A stretch of DNA of 60,938 nt from Acidimicrobiales bacterium (GTDB taxonomy: Bacteria; Actinomycetota; Acidimicrobiia; Acidimicrobiales; GCA-2861595): positions 1 to 60,938 of the forward strand of contig JBKJNA010000215.1 of NCBI GenBank assembly GCA_046596195.1, in the 5' to 3' direction. The notes below the pieces were generated by a model. The model saw only the letters and a program-made list of their open reading frames with translations. It was not told where the DNA came from and did no database searches. Positions 48,605 to 60,938 of the stretch are shown here, in pieces. Position 1 is the stretch's first letter. Each line of letters starts with the position of its first letter. A program made the translations under genes and the position numbers.

Positions 48605-51600
48605 TCACCGGCTCGACGGTCGGGCTCGCGCGGCGCCCGCCACCACCGGGCGGGTCAGGCGCAGCGCCCCGGTGGAGCCGGCGAAGCGGGCGTCGCCGAA
48701 GGCGAACACCCCACCGTCGCCCGCCACCAGCCAGTAGCCGTTGCCGCTCGGGGTGGCGGCCATACCCACCACCGGGCGGGTCAGGCGCAGGGCGCCGGTG
48801 GAGCCAAAGAAGCGGGCGTCGCCGAAGGCGAACACCCCACCATCAGAGGCCACCAGCCAGTAGCCGTTGCCGCTCGGGGTGGGGGCCATGCCCACCACCG
48901 GTTGGGTCAGGCGCAGGGCCCCGGTGGAGCCAAAGAAGCGGGCGTCGCCGAGGGCGAACACCCCACCGTCGGAGGCCACCAGCCAGTAGCCCTTGCCGCT
49001 CGGGGTGGGCGCCATGCCCACCACCGGTTGGGCCAGGCGCAGGGCGCCGGTGGAGCCGAAGAAGCGGGCGTCACCGAAGGCGAACACCCCACCGTCGGAG
49101 GCCACCAGCCAGTAGCCCTTGCCGCTCGGGGTGGCGGTCGGCGGTGTGGTGGTGGGAGGGGCGTCGGCGGCGGTGTTGGTGAGCGAGAAGGAGGCCGGAG
49201 CAGCCACCCCACCGACCCGGGCCTCGACGACGTACGTGCCCATCACAGCGTTGGCCGTGAAGGTGGGGGCCGTGGCCAACCCGTCGCCGCCGGTGGAGGC
49301 GGTGGCCGTGGTGGCGCCACCAGGGAACGACCCACCCGCTCCGGCGCCGGGAGCGCTGAAGGTGACCACCGCGTCCGCCACGGGCTTGCCCCCGACGTCG
49401 CGCACCGCCGCCTTGAGGGCGGTGGCGAACGCGGCGCCGGCGGTGGCGCCCTGGAAGCTGCCGGCCACCACCACCACGGTGGCCGGCCTGCGGGTGTTGG
49501 CCAGCGCCAACGAGGCGGGGCCCGCCCCTGCGGTGCTCGCCGCCACCGCGTAGGCCCCATCGGTGGCGTTGGCCGTGAATACCGGTGCGGTGGCCACCCC
49601 GCCGGCATCGCTGGCCACGGTGACGGAACGGCCGGCGGGGAACGACCCGCTGGCGCCGTCGGGGGGGGCGGTGAAGGTGACCCGCACACCGGGCACGGGG
49701 CGGCCGCCCGAGTCGGTGACCACCACCTGGAGGGCAGCGGCGAAGGCCTCGGTGACCACGGCGCTCTGGCCGGTGCCGGCGGCGACGCCGAGATGCGCCG
49801 GCGGGCCGGTGTTGGTGAGGGCGAAGAGGGCGACAGCGGCCGCGGCCGTGGCCGACACCGTGTAGGCGCCCACCTCGGCGTTGGCGGTGAACTCGGCGGT
49901 GGCGTGGCCGCTCGGGCTGGTGCGCACCGTGGCGGTGGCGGCGCCGTCGAAGGTGCCGCCGGGGCCGCCGGGGGGGGCGGTGAAGGTGACCTCGACGTCG
50001 CCCACCGGCCGACCCGCGGCATCGCTCACCACGGCGGTGAGGGGAGTGGCGAAAGCGGTGCCCCGTTGGGCGAACTGCCCGCTGCCGGCGGCCACGGCGA
50101 TGGCGGACGGCGTGCGGGCCAGGTTGGTGAGCTCGAACCGCGCCGCGGCCGGCCCCGGGGTGCCGTCAGGGGGAGCGGGGGCGGCGGCCACCACCGTGAA
50201 CGACGGCGGGCCGGGCGTGAAGTTGGCCGTGAAGGGGGGGGCGGTGGCCAGGCCGTCGGGCCCGGTGGCCACCGTCGCAGTCGTGCTCCCCCCCGAGAAC
50301 GCACCGCTCGGCCCGCTACCCGGTGCGGTGAAGGTCACCGCCACGCCGGGGGCCGGCCCGCCGGCGTCGGTCACCCGCACCTGCAGGGCCGTGGCGAAGG
50401 CATCGCCCACCAGTGCGCCCTGCCCCGAGCCGGCGGTGGCGGTGACCGCCCTGGTGGGGCCGGGCGGGGCCGCCACCCGCCGGATGCGGTCGTCGCCCGA
50501 GTCGGCGATGAACAGGTTGCCGGTCCCGTCGACCACGACATCGCTCGGGGTGTTCAACCGCGCCGCGGTGGCCGGCCCGCCGTCCCCACAGGGGTCCGAC
50601 GGACTGGTGCAACTGTCGCCGGCCCCGCCGGCCACGACGGCGGCCTCCCCGGACCCGTCTACCCGGAACACCCTGTGGCCCTTGGTACCGCCGACAATGG
50701 CGCTGATGAACAGGGTGCCCGACGGGGCGACCGCCACGCTCAACAACATCAGGGGAGTCCCGGTATTGACGGGCACATTCTCGACCATGCCGGCGGCGGA
50801 GACCCGACGGACGCGGCTGGGGCCCAGGCCGTCGACCACGTAGAGCCCACCGGTGGTGCCATCGACGGCGACGTCGATGGGGTGGTCGAACTGGGTCGTC
50901 GTGCCGTCGCCGGCCACCGTGGTGATAGTGCCGTCGGGGGCGACCCTGCGAACCCGATTGTCGCCACTGTCGGCCACGAAGAGGTTGCCGGCGCGGTCGA
51001 TGCCGATGCCCCGGGGGTGGTTGAGCTGCGCCGAGGTGGCGGGGCCGCCGTCACCACAGGGCGACGTGGCCAGCACGCACGCCGCCCCGGTGCCGGCCAC
51101 CGTGGACACGATGCCGTCGGGGTCGACCCTGCGGATGCGGTTGCTGAAGGTGTCGGAGATATAGAGGTCGCCGCCGGCGCCGACAGCCACCGCCCGAGGG
51201 CCGTCGAACCGGGCGGCGGTGGCCGGCCCGCCGTCACCGAGGAACCCGCCCACGCCGGTGCCGGCCACCGTGGTCATGGCGCCCGAGGGGTCGATGATGC
51301 GGATGCGGTTGTTGGCGGTGTCGGCCACGAACACGTTGCCGGCGCTGTCGACGGCCACGCCCTCGGGACCGCTCAGCTGGGTCCGGACGCCGTCGCCGGC
51401 CAGGGTCGAGATGACGCCTGCGGTGATCCGCCGTACGCGGTTGTCGCCCGTGTCGGCCACGTACACATCGCCGCCACCGTCGGCCACGCTGAGGGGGGTG
51501 GCGAGCAGGCCGGCGGCGGCGGGGCCGCCGTCGCCGCACGGCGAGGCCGGCGACGGGCAGGGCCCAGCGCCGCCGGCCACAGTCTCGAGCGTGGCACCGG

Positions 51601-52534
51601 CCGCCACCCGCCGCACCCGGTGATTGGCGGAATCGGCCACGTAAACGCCGCCCGGACCCACCGCCACCGCCGACGGGAAGCTGAGCTGGGTGGTGCTGCC
51701 GTCTCCTGCCACCGTGGTGATGGTGCCGCTCGCATCCACCCTGCGGACGCGGTTGTTGCCGCTGTCGGCGATGTAGAGATCGGGGCCGTCCACCGCCACC
51801 CCGACGGGGAAGTTCAGTTGTGCCGAGGTGGCGGGGCCGTCGTCGCCGCTGAAACCGGGTGCGGCCGTGCCCGCCACCGTGGTGATGGTGCCGTCGGGAG
51901 CCACCCTGCGGATGCGGTTGTTGCCGGCGTCGGCGATGTAGAGGTTGCCCGAGGCGTCCACCGCCAGCCCGCTCGGGTAGCTGAGCAGGGCCGAGGTGGC
52001 GGGGCCACCGTCGCCGCTGTAGCCCCGCACGCCGATGCCCGCCACGATGGTAGTGGTGCCGGCGGGGTCCACCCTCCTCACCAGGTGTTCGGCATCCCGG
52101 GCGAGATAGACCGTGCCGGAGACCGACACGGCCAGGCCGGCGAACTCGGTCGTGGGAGACCGCCCGACCACGGCGACGACGGTCTCCTGGCCGCCGGCCA
52201 CGTCGACGGCGCGGACGGCCGTGTCGTCGGCCACGTAGACGGTGGTGGCCCCTGCCGCCGTGCGCACGGCCACCGCCGCCGGGCGCTGGCTCACCGACGT
52301 TGCCGGCTGGGCGCGCGAGGGGGCCGGGATGGTGGTGATGTCGCCGGGCGCCGCCGCCGCCTGGTGCGCCGGGACGATGGCGCCTGCGAGTGCGACCGCT
52401 GACGCCAGCACCCCGGCCAGTGCCCGCCGCCGCCGACCACCGCCATGGCCCGGCCACCGCCCGACCTCCGGGCACCCCTGGCCCACCCGCCCCGGGCCCA
52501 CCCGCCCGGCAGTTCCCCGCCTCGGTCCTCGCAT
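48605..52534 (-). CDS. Large surface protein: NHL repeats, Ig-like (Big) repeats and C-terminal [10 protein letters not shown] repeats
   Basis: [27 protein letters not shown] repeats; four GSGQ.A....AF...L repeats; four GYWLVA(S/G)DGGVFA(F/L)GDARF repeats. Confidence 0.9.
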   Translation of the reverse strand: MRGPRRGTAGRVGPGRVGQGCPEVGRWPGHGGGRRRRALAGVLASAVALAGAIVPAHQAAAAPGDITTIPAPSRAQPATSVSQRPAAVAVRTAAGATTVYVADDTAVRAVDVAGGQETVVAVVGRSPTTEFAGLAVSVSGTVYLARDAEHLVRRVDPAGTTTIVAGIGVRGYSGDGGPATSALLSYPSGLAVDASGNLYIADAGNNRIRRVAPDGTITTVAGTAAPGFSGDDGPATSAQLNFPVGVAVDGPDLYIADSGNNRVRRVDASGTITTVAGDGSTTQLSFPSAVAVGPGGVYVADSANHRVRRVAAGATLETVAGGAGPCPSPASPCGDGGPAAAGLLATPLSVADGGGDVYVADTGDNRVRRITAGVISTLAGDGVRTQLSGPEGVAVDSAGNVFVADTANNRIRIIDPSGAMTTVAGTGVGGFLGDGGPATAARFDGPRAVAVGAGGDLYISDTFSNRIRRVDPDGIVSTVAGTGAACVLATSPCGDGGPATSAQLNHPRGIGIDRAGNLFVADSGDNRVRRVAPDGTITTVAGDGTTTQFDHPIDVAVDGTTGGLYVVDGLGPSRVRRVSAAGMVENVPVNTGTPLMLLSVAVAPSGTLFISAIVGGTKGHRVFRVDGSGEAAVVAGGAGDSCTSPSDPCGDGGPATAARLNTPSDVVVDGTGNLFIADSGDDRIRRVAAPPGPTRAVTATAGSGQGALVGDAFATALQVRVTDAGGPAPGVAVTFTAPGSGPSGAFSGGSTTATVATGPDGLATAPPFTANFTPGPPSFTVVAAAPAPPDGTPGPAAARFELTNLARTPSAIAVAAGSGQFAQRGTAFATPLTAVVSDAAGRPVGDVEVTFTAPPGGPGGTFDGAATATVRTSPSGHATAEFTANAEVGAYTVSATAAAAVALFALTNTGPPAHLGVAAGTGQSAVVTEAFAAALQVVVTDSGGRPVPGVRVTFTAPPDGASGSFPAGRSVTVASDAGGVATAPVFTANATDGAYAVAASTAGAGPASLALANTRRPATVVVVAGSFQGATAGAAFATALKAAVRDVGGKPVADAVVTFSAPGAGAGGSFPGGATTATASTGGDGLATAPTFTANAVMGTYVVEARVGGVAAPASFSLTNTAADAPPTTTPPTATPSGKGYWLVASDGGVFAFGDARFFGSTGALRLAQPVVGMAPTPSGKGYWLVASDGGVFALGDARFFGSTGALRLTQPVVGMAPTPSGNGYWLVASDGGVFAFGDARFFGSTGALRLTRPVVGMAATPSGNGYWLVAGDGGVFAFGDARFAGSTGALRLTRPVVAGAARARPSSR
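48640..49135 (-). repeat. Four 126-bp coding repeats (42-aa [10 protein letters not shown] unit)
   Basis: CCAGTAGCC recurs every 126 bp (e.g. 48731 and 48857). Confidence 0.9.
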
Positions 52535-52641
52535 ATCCGCCTCTTTCTCATCCCGGGTCGGCCCCGCACGCCGCCGTAGACACGTCGTGCTACCACCATC
52601 GCACTGTCCAGAACTGCCGCCCCGCCGCACCCGCGGCCCCG

Positions 52642-55600
52642 TCATTTCGATCCATCCGACATGGCCTCGACGACGGCGCGGGCATACTCGACGGCCTCCG
52701 TCGCCGACAGCGCCGATCCCTCCGCCCACGCGGCGGCAAACTCAGTCGGAGGGAGGTGGTTCCGCACCTTCTGCAATGTGGGCTCGATCAACCAGTGCTC
52801 GGACCACCCGGCGGCGAAGCCGAGTGGGCCCCGCAGGTTCTTCGCCGCACCCCCGAGGCGGGCGGCTTCACGGGGCTTTCCGTGGAGCATGGCGAGGGCC
52901 CCGAGGACGCCGAGCGACCGGCCGACACCCGGGAGGTCGCCCACTGCGGCCCGGTGGGCGAGAGCATCGCGGTGGAGGGACAAGGCGTCGAGCCCGTCAC
53001 AGCCCCGGAGGGCGAGATTGCCCAGCTCGTGAAGGGCCCAGGACATGCCGCTCCTGTTGCCCTTGGCCTGTGCCACGGAGAGAGCGGCGGCGAAGTAGTC
53101 CCGCGCCCTTTCCGTTTCTCCTCGCGCCCCGCATACCGCCCCCAGACCCAAGAGTGCCTCGCCGTTCAATTTTCCCTTCTGCTCGGCCATCGTCCTCGCC
53201 TCCTCGAAGCAGGCGACGGCGGCGTCGAGGTCATTTCTTGCCTGCTCCACTCTGCCAAGCGCACAGAGGCAGTCACTGACGCCTCCCGGTGTCCCAGCCC
53301 GGCGAAGGATGCTCCGGGCCTCATGAAGGAGCGCTTCGGCCCTGGCGAAATCCCCAGCATCTGCGGCCAGCTCCCCGAGGCGGCACAGGGTGGTGCCTTC
53401 CACGTATTCATGGCCCAGCTCTCTCGCCACATCCAGTGCTGCGCAGAGGGTCCGCTCCGCCATCGGATGGTCCCCCTGGGCCATCGCCACCTCTCCGGCG
53501 CCGGTGAGCGAGATCTCGAGGCCGAGACGGTCCGCCGTGCGGCGCGCCACGCCCAATGCCTGCTCGAACAGTGGACCAGCACTGTTGGCCGAACCGCCGT
53601 GCATCTCCGACCACCCCGCCATGGACAGGGCGAGGGAGGAGCACCACTCATCGCCGACCTGCCCGGCCGCGGCCTCGCTCAGGTCGAACAGGCGACGGGC
53701 GCGCACTGGCCCGTCGTCGATTTTCGTGAGCAGGCACGCGCCCAGCCACAGCCGCGACCGCGCCACCCCCCGGCCGTCGCCGTGCTCGGCGAAGATCGCT
53801 CCTGCCTGGTCGATGCTGGGCACGGCCTTGTCGTGGTCCTCGAGCATGCAGGACAGCACGCCGATTCCCAACAATGCCTTGGCCCGCACCAGTTGTGGCG
53901 GGCGGCCCGCCTCGAGCGCCCGCTCCAGCCACCCACGGCCTTCGCTGAAACAGCCGCGAAGGTCCCAGAACAGCGTCAGTGCCCCGGCCAGGCGGACGCC
54001 GAGCTCGGCCTCACCGTCGGCCACGGCCCAGGCGAGGGCGGCACGAAGGTTGTCGTGCTCGGCGTCGAGGCGGGCCAGCCAGGCGAGCTGGTCGGGTCCC
54101 TCGAGGCGGGGCTCGGCCCGCTCGGCCAACCCCACACACCACTCGGCGTGGGCGCGGGCCATTGCGGGTGCCTCCCCGCTGGCGACGAGGCGGTCCCGGG
54201 CGTAGGCACGGACGGTGTCGAGCAGGCGATAGCGGATCCGGGCCCCGGTGGTGGTCGTCACGACCAACGTCGTCGCCACCAGCCGGGCGAGCAGTCCGTG
54301 CACGGCGTGAGGATCGAGGCCCTGGCCGGCGCAGACGACCTCCACCGCATCGAGCGCCGCGCCCCCCTCGAACCACGACAGGCGGCGGAGCAGGAGCCGC
54401 TCCGGCTCGGCGAGCAGGTCGTGGCTCCATTCCAGGGTGTCCAGCAGGTTGGCGTGACCGACGGGGACCATGCGGTCGCCTCCGGCGAGGAGGCCGAACC
54501 GGGCACCCAGCACCTGGGCCACCTCGTCCAGGCGGAGCGTCTCCAGGCGCGCCGCGGCCAATTCGAGGGCCAGGGGGAGGCCGTCGAGGCGACGACAGAT
54601 CGACGCCACCTCGGCCGCGTTGTCGGGGCCCAGGACGAAGTCGGGCCGCACGCGCACGGCCCGGTCGACGAACAGCTGGACGGACTCGGCGGCTGCGATC
54701 GCCTCGGGCGTCGCCGCATGGTCGCCAGGAGGTGCGGAAAGTGGCGGGACCGGGTACACAACCTCGCCGGCCACGCCGAGCACCTCGCGGCTGGTGGCCA
54801 GGACCCGCAGGTTCGGGCACGAGGCCAACAGCGTGGCGACCAGATCGCCCACCGGCGCCGACAGGTGCTCGCAGTTGTCGACCACGACGAGCATCTCCGA
54901 TGTCCTCACTGCGGCGACGACACTGTCGAGGAGGGCCACGCCGGGCTGCTCACGCACGCTCAGCGCGGCGGCGACGCAAGGCAGGACCCCCGTCGCGTCG
55001 GCCAGGCCCGACACGTCGACCAGCCACACGCCGCCGGCCGGGGGAGGGAGCATGCCGGCGGCCACCTCCAGGGCCAGGCGGGTCTTTCCGACGCCGCCGA
55101 TCCCGGTGAGGGTGACCAGCCGGTCGGTGACCAGCTGCTCGGTCAGCTCCGCTCGCTGCGTCCCACGGCCGACGAACCGGCTGACCAGCGCCGGCAGGTT
55201 GTGGGCGGCTCGGCGCTCCGCCGTCCACGCCGCGCCGCCCGGGTAGCGCCCGAGGGCCACGGCGAGGCCGGGTTCCTGGCGAAGTATGGCCAGCTCCAGG
55301 TCGCGCACCTCCGGGCTCGGTCTGAGGCCCAGCTCCTGTCCGAACAGCGCGCACAGGCGTTGGTAGGTGCGCAGCGCCTCGGCCTGGCGACCGCAGCGGG
55401 CCAGGGCCACCATGAGCAGGCTCCACAGCCGCTCGCGGAGCGGATGCTCGGCCACCAGCGCCTCCAGCTCCGCCACCACCTCCCGCGCCGCCCCCAGCGC
55501 CAGGCCCGCCGCCGCATGGTCCTCCCGGGCGCACAGCCGCAACTCCTCCAGGCGGGCCGCCTCCGCCAGCGCGAAGTCGGCCAGGGCGACGTCGGCCAGC

Positions 55601-56013
55601 GCTGCGCCCCGCCACAGCGAAAGCGCTTGGCCCAGAAGATCGGCGGCCCGGGCCGGCTCGCCGTCGTTGAGGTGGCCTCGACCTGCGCCGGCCAGGGTCT
55701 CGAAGCGCCATGCGTCGAGGTCGCCGGGCTCGATCTCGAGGCAGAAACCTGCGCCCTTCCTCACGACAACGTCCACCGGGTTCCGCCCGGCCGCGCCGAG
55801 CGCCTTGCGAAGCCGGGAGACCTGGTTGTGCAGGGCGGCTTCTGGGCTGGCCAGGCGGTCCCCTGCGAACAGGTCCTCGATGAGCCGCTCGACCGAGACC
55901 GTGTGGTTGGCATCGATGAGCAACCGGGCCACCAGTGCCCGCTGCTTGGTGGTGATCTTGAGCGCGCTCGTGCCGTCGAGCACCAGCAACGGGCCCAGGA
56001 TGGCGAATTCCAC
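52642..56013 (-). CDS. AfsR/SARP-family regulator (wHTH, BTAD, NB-ARC-like ATPase, TPR)
   Basis: Motifs [27 protein letters not shown]...[24 protein letters not shown] and [14 protein letters not shown]; TPR-like tail. Confidence 0.93.
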   Translation of the reverse strand: MEFAILGPLLVLDGTSALKITTKQRALVARLLIDANHTVSVERLIEDLFAGDRLASPEAALHNQVSRLRKALGAAGRNPVDVVVRKGAGFCLEIEPGDLDAWRFETLAGAGRGHLNDGEPARAADLLGQALSLWRGAALADVALADFALAEAARLEELRLCAREDHAAAGLALGAAREVVAELEALVAEHPLRERLWSLLMVALARCGRQAEALRTYQRLCALFGQELGLRPSPEVRDLELAILRQEPGLAVALGRYPGGAAWTAERRAAHNLPALVSRFVGRGTQRAELTEQLVTDRLVTLTGIGGVGKTRLALEVAAGMLPPPAGGVWLVDVSGLADATGVLPCVAAALSVREQPGVALLDSVVAAVRTSEMLVVVDNCEHLSAPVGDLVATLLASCPNLRVLATSREVLGVAGEVVYPVPPLSAPPGDHAATPEAIAAAESVQLFVDRAVRVRPDFVLGPDNAAEVASICRRLDGLPLALELAAARLETLRLDEVAQVLGARFGLLAGGDRMVPVGHANLLDTLEWSHDLLAEPERLLLRRLSWFEGGAALDAVEVVCAGQGLDPHAVHGLLARLVATTLVVTTTTGARIRYRLLDTVRAYARDRLVASGEAPAMARAHAEWCVGLAERAEPRLEGPDQLAWLARLDAEHDNLRAALAWAVADGEAELGVRLAGALTLFWDLRGCFSEGRGWLERALEAGRPPQLVRAKALLGIGVLSCMLEDHDKAVPSIDQAGAIFAEHGDGRGVARSRLWLGACLLTKIDDGPVRARRLFDLSEAAAGQVGDEWCSSLALSMAGWSEMHGGSANSAGPLFEQALGVARRTADRLGLEISLTGAGEVAMAQGDHPMAERTLCAALDVARELGHEYVEGTTLCRLGELAADAGDFARAEALLHEARSILRRAGTPGGVSDCLCALGRVEQARNDLDAAVACFEEARTMAEQKGKLNGEALLGLGAVCGARGETERARDYFAAALSVAQAKGNRSGMSWALHELGNLALRGCDGLDALSLHRDALAHRAAVGDLPGVGRSLGVLGALAMLHGKPREAARLGGAAKNLRGPLGFAAGWSEHWLIEPTLQKVRNHLPPTEFAAAWAEGSALSATEAVEYARAVVEAMSDGSK

Positions 56014-56052
56014 TGTCGTAGGGTACGACCGCCGAGCACCGACGTTCCCGGC

Positions 56053-56072
56053 CTGATAACGGACTGATAACG
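56053..56072. promoter_or_regulatory. Candidate SARP operator: 9-bp direct repeat on an 11-bp period
   Basis: CTGATAACG at 56053-56061 and 56064-56072, in the divergent gap next to the SARP gene. Confidence 0.55.
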
Positions 56073-56145
56073 CTGTCCGCGAGGATCTACCTCCGGTACG
56101 GCGCCCCTATTGGCGCGTGTGCATCGGGGACGAGAAGGGGACGTC

Positions 56146-59100
56146 ATGCCTGCAGGACGCCGTAGGACAGGGATCGCCACGGCCATCATCGCCGTGGTGA
56201 CCGGGGTAGGCCTTCTGCCCGGAATCCAAGCCGCGGGCGCCCGCCCTTCCTCCAGCACCGCTCCGCCGGCCACCGCCGCACAGGCCCGGGCCGCCCTCGA
56301 GGCGCTGCCCGTGCGCTTCGAGGCCAACGAGGGACAATTCGACGCCGCCGTGCGCTACGTGGCCAGGGGTGGCGGCTACACCTTGTTCCTCACCTCAGAC
56401 GAGGCGGTGCTCTCCCTGGCCCGGCCCGGGCCCGCACGCGGGGAGAACGACAAGGAAGGGCCGCCCGAGCCCGGCGCAGCCGGCCACGACGTGGTGCGCA
56501 TGAGCCTGTCGGCTGCCAACCCGAAGGCGGCGTTGGCACCCATCGGGCGCCTCCCCGGCGTCACCAACTACCTGCTCGGTGACGACCCCGAGGCCTGGCA
56601 CACCGGTGTCGCCTCCTATGCCGGCGTGCGCTACCAGGGCGTGTACCCCGGCATCGACCTGGTGTTCCGCCAGGGTAGCGACGCGGTGGAGTACGACTTC
56701 GAGGTCGCCCCCGGCGCCGATCCGGGCGCCATCGCCTTGGCCTTCGAGGGGGGCGGGCGGCCCGCCGTCGACACCCGGGGCGACCTGGTGCTCAGCCCCG
56801 GCGCATCGGGCCAGCTGCGCCAGTCCAAGCCGAAGCTCTACCAGGATGTCGCAGGCTCGCGCCGGCCGGTGGCTGGAGCGTTCAAGGTGGCCGGGGGCGA
56901 CAAGGTGGGCTTCGAGGTCGGCGACTACGACCACTCCAAGGCCCTGGTGATCGACCCCGTTCTCACCTACTCCTCCTACCTGGCCGGAGCGGTCGGCGGG
57001 GGCTCGGTGGCCACCGCAGTGGCCACCGGCGCATCCGGCGCGGCCTACGTGACCGGCTCCACCGAGGTCAGCGACTTCCCCACCAAGCCTGCCCCGGGGG
57101 CGGCCCAAGCCGTCTACGCCGGGCGCACCGACCGCTTCGTGGCCAAGTTCAACACCGCCTCGTCGGGCGCCGCCTCCCTGGCGTACTCCACCTACCTGGG
57201 CGGCAGCAGGTCCGAAAGCGGACCGGCGGCATCGCCGTCGATGCCTCGGGCAACGCGGTCGTCACCGGGACCACCACCTCGGCCAACTTCCCCGTCACCG
57301 CCGGCGCCTTCGACCCCGGCTGCGGCACGAATGTGCCCGCCACCTGCAACGGCGCCTCCATGACCTACACCGACGGGGCGACCACGATCAATTCCGCCAT
57401 CCTCACGTCGCCGCTGGTGGGGGGTTCGGTTGCCGACCTGGGTCTCGGCGTCAGCGGGCCCGGCATCCCGGCCGGCGCCACCATCGTGGCGACCGCCTTC
57501 GCCCAGAACCAGATCACTCTCTCCGCTGCCGCAACTGCAACCGGCACCAACGTCACCTTCACCATCGCCGACCGCAAGGCCTCGTCCGACGGCTTCCTCG
57601 CCAAGCTGAATGCAGGCGGTACGGCGCTGCTCTACTCCACCTACCTGGGGGGCGCCGACGATGACGACGCCAATGCCGTCGCCCTCGACGCGGCAGGCGT
57701 GGCCCACGTGGCGGGGCGGACCACCTCGACTGCGATGCCGGTGACGGCCGGCGCCTACGACAGCGGGTGCGGCACCGACGGGCAGTGCGACGGCACCGAC
57801 GGCGACACCGACGGCATCGCCACCAGCGGCTCCACCACTTACAGCGTCGCCAACGCCACCAACGGAGCCCAATTCTCCGGGGCCGACGTGGGCAAGGCCA
57901 TCAGCGGCACCCACATCCAAGCCGGCACCACCATCGCCGGGATCGTCAACCACTTCACCGTCACCTTGTCGCTCCCGGCCACCGGCACCGGTTCTGGCCT
58001 GACCTATACCGTCGCCGGCCTCTCCCCGATCAGCGATGGCTTCGCCGCCAAGATCGACACGGCCGGCTCGCTGCTCTACGCCACCTTCCTCGGGGGCGAA
58101 GGAGCCGACCTGGCCTCGGGGGTCGCGGTGGACTCGGCGGGCCGCTTCCACCTGGTCGGCGAGACCGACTCGGTCTCCTTCCCGACGAACGGCGCCTTCC
58201 AGGGCACCAGGGGAGGAGGCACCGACGGGTTCGTGGCGAAGCTCGACCCGGCCGGCGGTACCGGCGGGCTGACCTACGCCAGCTACCTGGGTGGTGCAGG
58301 CGTGGACAAAGCGGCAGCCGTCGCCATCGACGGCGCCGGCAACGCCTACGTCACCGGCGAGACCTCGTCGGCCAACTTCCCCACCAAGGCGCCCACCGGG
58401 TTCTCCCCCCTCGATGCGACGGCCAACGGCGGCGCCGACGCCTTCGTGGCCAAGGTGGACACCATCGCAGCGGGCGCGGGGTCGTCGGTGTACTCGACCT
58501 ATCTGGGCGGCTCCGCAAGCGACAGTGGCCTCGGTGTCGCCGTCGACAACGCCGCCCCACCCAATGTCACCGTCGTCGGCTCCACTGCGTCGACCGGCTT
58601 CCCCCAGGTCCGTCCCTTCCAGCTGTACGGGGGCGGCGGCGACGCCTACGTGGCCCAGCTCAACGGCACCGGGTCGGCCCTCGGCTACTCCACCTTCCTC
58701 GGCGGCAGCAATAACGACAGCGCCGCGGCCGTGGCCCTCGACAGCACCAACAACCCCTATGTGGCGGGCAACACCAGCTCGTCCGACTTCCCGACGTCGG
58801 CAGGCGCCTACCAGGCGACGGCGCAGGGGACGACCAGCGCCTTCCTCACCAGGCTCGATCCCGCCACCGACGCCTCCCTCCTCACCGGCGCCAACCCCCG
58901 GAGCGGCCCTGACACCGGTGGCACGACAGTGGTGATCACCGGCCAGAACCTGCCCGTGACCCCCGGTGCCGTCTCCGCCGTCAACTTCGGCGCCAACCCT
59001 GCGGTGACGACGACGCCGTGCCCGGCCACCCCGACCGGCGCCGGTTGCTTCACGGTCAACTCGCTCACCCAGATCACCGCCGTCAGCCCGGCATGCTCGT

Positions 59101-60938
59101 CGTCATGCACCACGGCCAACATCACCGTGACCACCGCCCAGGGCGCCTCGAACTCGACCCAGTTCATCTACGGCGAGGGTTTGTCCACGCCCACCGGCCC
59201 CTGTACGGGCGCCGCCTGCACGACGACCGACACCTCGAACAGTGCCACCGCCGTGCGGCTCAACGATGGCAGGGTGCTCTCCGTGCGTGGGGCGAACCCC
59301 GCCCAGCTGTACAACCCGGCCACCGGCGCATGGAGCGCCACCGGCGCATGCCCAGCAGGCTGTCCCACCGTGGGCTTCTCGCTCACGGTGCTCACCAGCG
59401 GCAAGGTCCTGCTCGCCGGGGGCTCCAACGCGGTCAGCAACCCTGCGGTCAGCGCGGCGGCGTTCCTGTACGACCCGGGCACCGGTGCATGGACGACGGC
59501 CGGCTCGTTCGTCCAGGCGCGCTCGTACCATAGCGCCACCCTGCTCAACGACGGGCGGGTCCTCGCCGCCGGCGGCTGCACGTTCAATAGCAACTTGAAT
59601 TGTGAGACTCCATCGCCGGGGATCAAGACAGCCGAGGTGTTCGACCCGGCAGCAAACAGCGGGGCAGGTGTGTGGACGAACACCGCCGCCATGTCAACCG
59701 GCCGCTGGGGTCACACCGCCACCCTGCTGACCGGACCGGCGTGCACCGTGGCCTCGCCCCCTGCGTACTGCGGACGCGTGGTGGTAGCGGGTGGCTACGA
59801 GGCCAACCTGACCACCACGAACTCAGCAGAGCGCTACGACCCGGCAGGTGGGGGTGCGTGGGCCACGGCCGGCACCATGAACTCGGCCCGGATGCGACAT
59901 TCCGCCACCCTGCTCATCGGTGGGGCGTGCAACGGCGCTTCCCCGCCGTCGTACTGCGGCAAGGTGCTCATCGCCGCCGGTGGCGGTTTCACTAGCAGCA
60001 GCACCCTGCTCATCAGCTCCGAACTCTACGATCCTGCCGCCACCGGCCCGTCCCGCTGGGTCCTGACCGGGTCCCTCGCCAATCTCCACTACGAGCACCG
60101 CGCCGTGCTGCTCCCCAACGGCAACGCGCTGGTCGCCGGCTACAAGGACACCAATAACTCTGATGTCATCGAGCGCTACAACCCGGCCACCGGCACGTGG
60201 CTCTCGGCCGGGGCCGTGAGCTGGGCCACGACCCCTAACGGGACCACCGGCGAACGCGGGACCGTCGGCCAACTGGTCCTGCTGGCCCCCGGCCCGGCGT
60301 CTGCCTGCGGGGCGAACTGCGGCAAGGTGCTCCTGGCCGGCGCGCGCACCACCAGCGACAGGAGGGCCGACCTCTACACCCCCCGCCCCACCGTCACCTC
60401 CATCACTCCCATCGCCGACTGCACCGTCGGCGGGGCGGCGGTCACCATCACCGGCACCGGCCTGACCGGGGTCACCAAGGTGAACTTCGGCACCGTGACG
60501 TCCACCAGGGTGATCCCCGACCCCGGCACCCCCGACACCCGCCTGGTGGCAGTGGCGCCCCCGGGCACCGCCGGTGTGGTCAGCATCAAGTTGTTCAGCC
60601 CCGGCGGCGAGTCGGTCACCACCACCACGGCCGACGACCTGGCCTACTCGGCCACCCTGGTCAGCGGGGTGCCCTGCGCGCCCCAGAACGTCGCCGGCAT
60701 CGGCAGCAACACCGCCGCCACCGTGACGTGGAGCGCACCCACGGCCGGGCCCGCCCCCACCGGCTACACCGTCACCGCCATCGCCTCCGCCACCACCTAC
60801 TTTGACGGGGTGTCCACCAACAACTCCACCACCTACACCTCGGCGTCGGCCGCCTTCGGTGCCGCCGACGTGGGCAAGGCCATCCGGGGGCCCAACATCC
60901 CCGCCGGCGCCACCATCGCCTCGGTCACCAACGCCACC
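56146..60938 (+). CDS. Very large secreted protein (SBBP propeller, IPT/TIG, Kelch, FN3-like), with a frameshift near 57220; runs off the window
   Basis: ATG after GAAGGGG; motifs FEANEGQ, VYPGIDL, EYDF and IDPVLTYSSYL. After a -1 shift at about 57221 the frame continues with YSTYLGG/GIAVD repeats, Kelch repeats and TIG-like domains to the window end. Confidence 0.85.

Overview
GC-rich actinobacterial DNA, probably Acidimicrobiia given the C-terminal [17 protein letters not shown] repeats at about 48.6-49.1 kb. I saw no rRNA, tRNA, IS or CRISPR array. The left half (1-28.3 kb) is dense in secondary-metabolism genes: an A-T-C NRPS with a beta-alanine-like specificity code next to a class III aminotransferase, a vanadium haloperoxidase/PAP2 protein, an Sfp-type PPTase, an M20 amidohydrolase and a GT1 glycosyltransferase. 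It also holds an apparently undescribed RiPP cluster at 15.5-28.3 kb. That cluster has a full-length LanB dehydratase converging on an operon of amidohydrolase, ThcOx/SagB dehydrogenase, precursor, YcaO, HExxH peptidase, formyltransferase, Kelch protein, cysteine-dioxygenase-like cupin and E1/ThiF-like YcaO partner. The 120-aa precursor is a polyprotein of four 28-aa cassettes, each an acidic LDE(A/S)EWDADDV element plus an invariant SFCTTTNSTMTAM core. No LanC or pyridine synthase is present in the window. The right half is mostly secreted or surface beta-propeller proteins (Vgb-like, TolB/PD40, LVIVD, BNR, NHL, SBBP/Kelch). It also has an FtsH-like protease with three tandem AAA+ modules, an AfsR/SARP regulator with a candidate 11-bp-period operator, and a few frameshifted genes. 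All assignments come from motif recognition by eye; no database searches were run.
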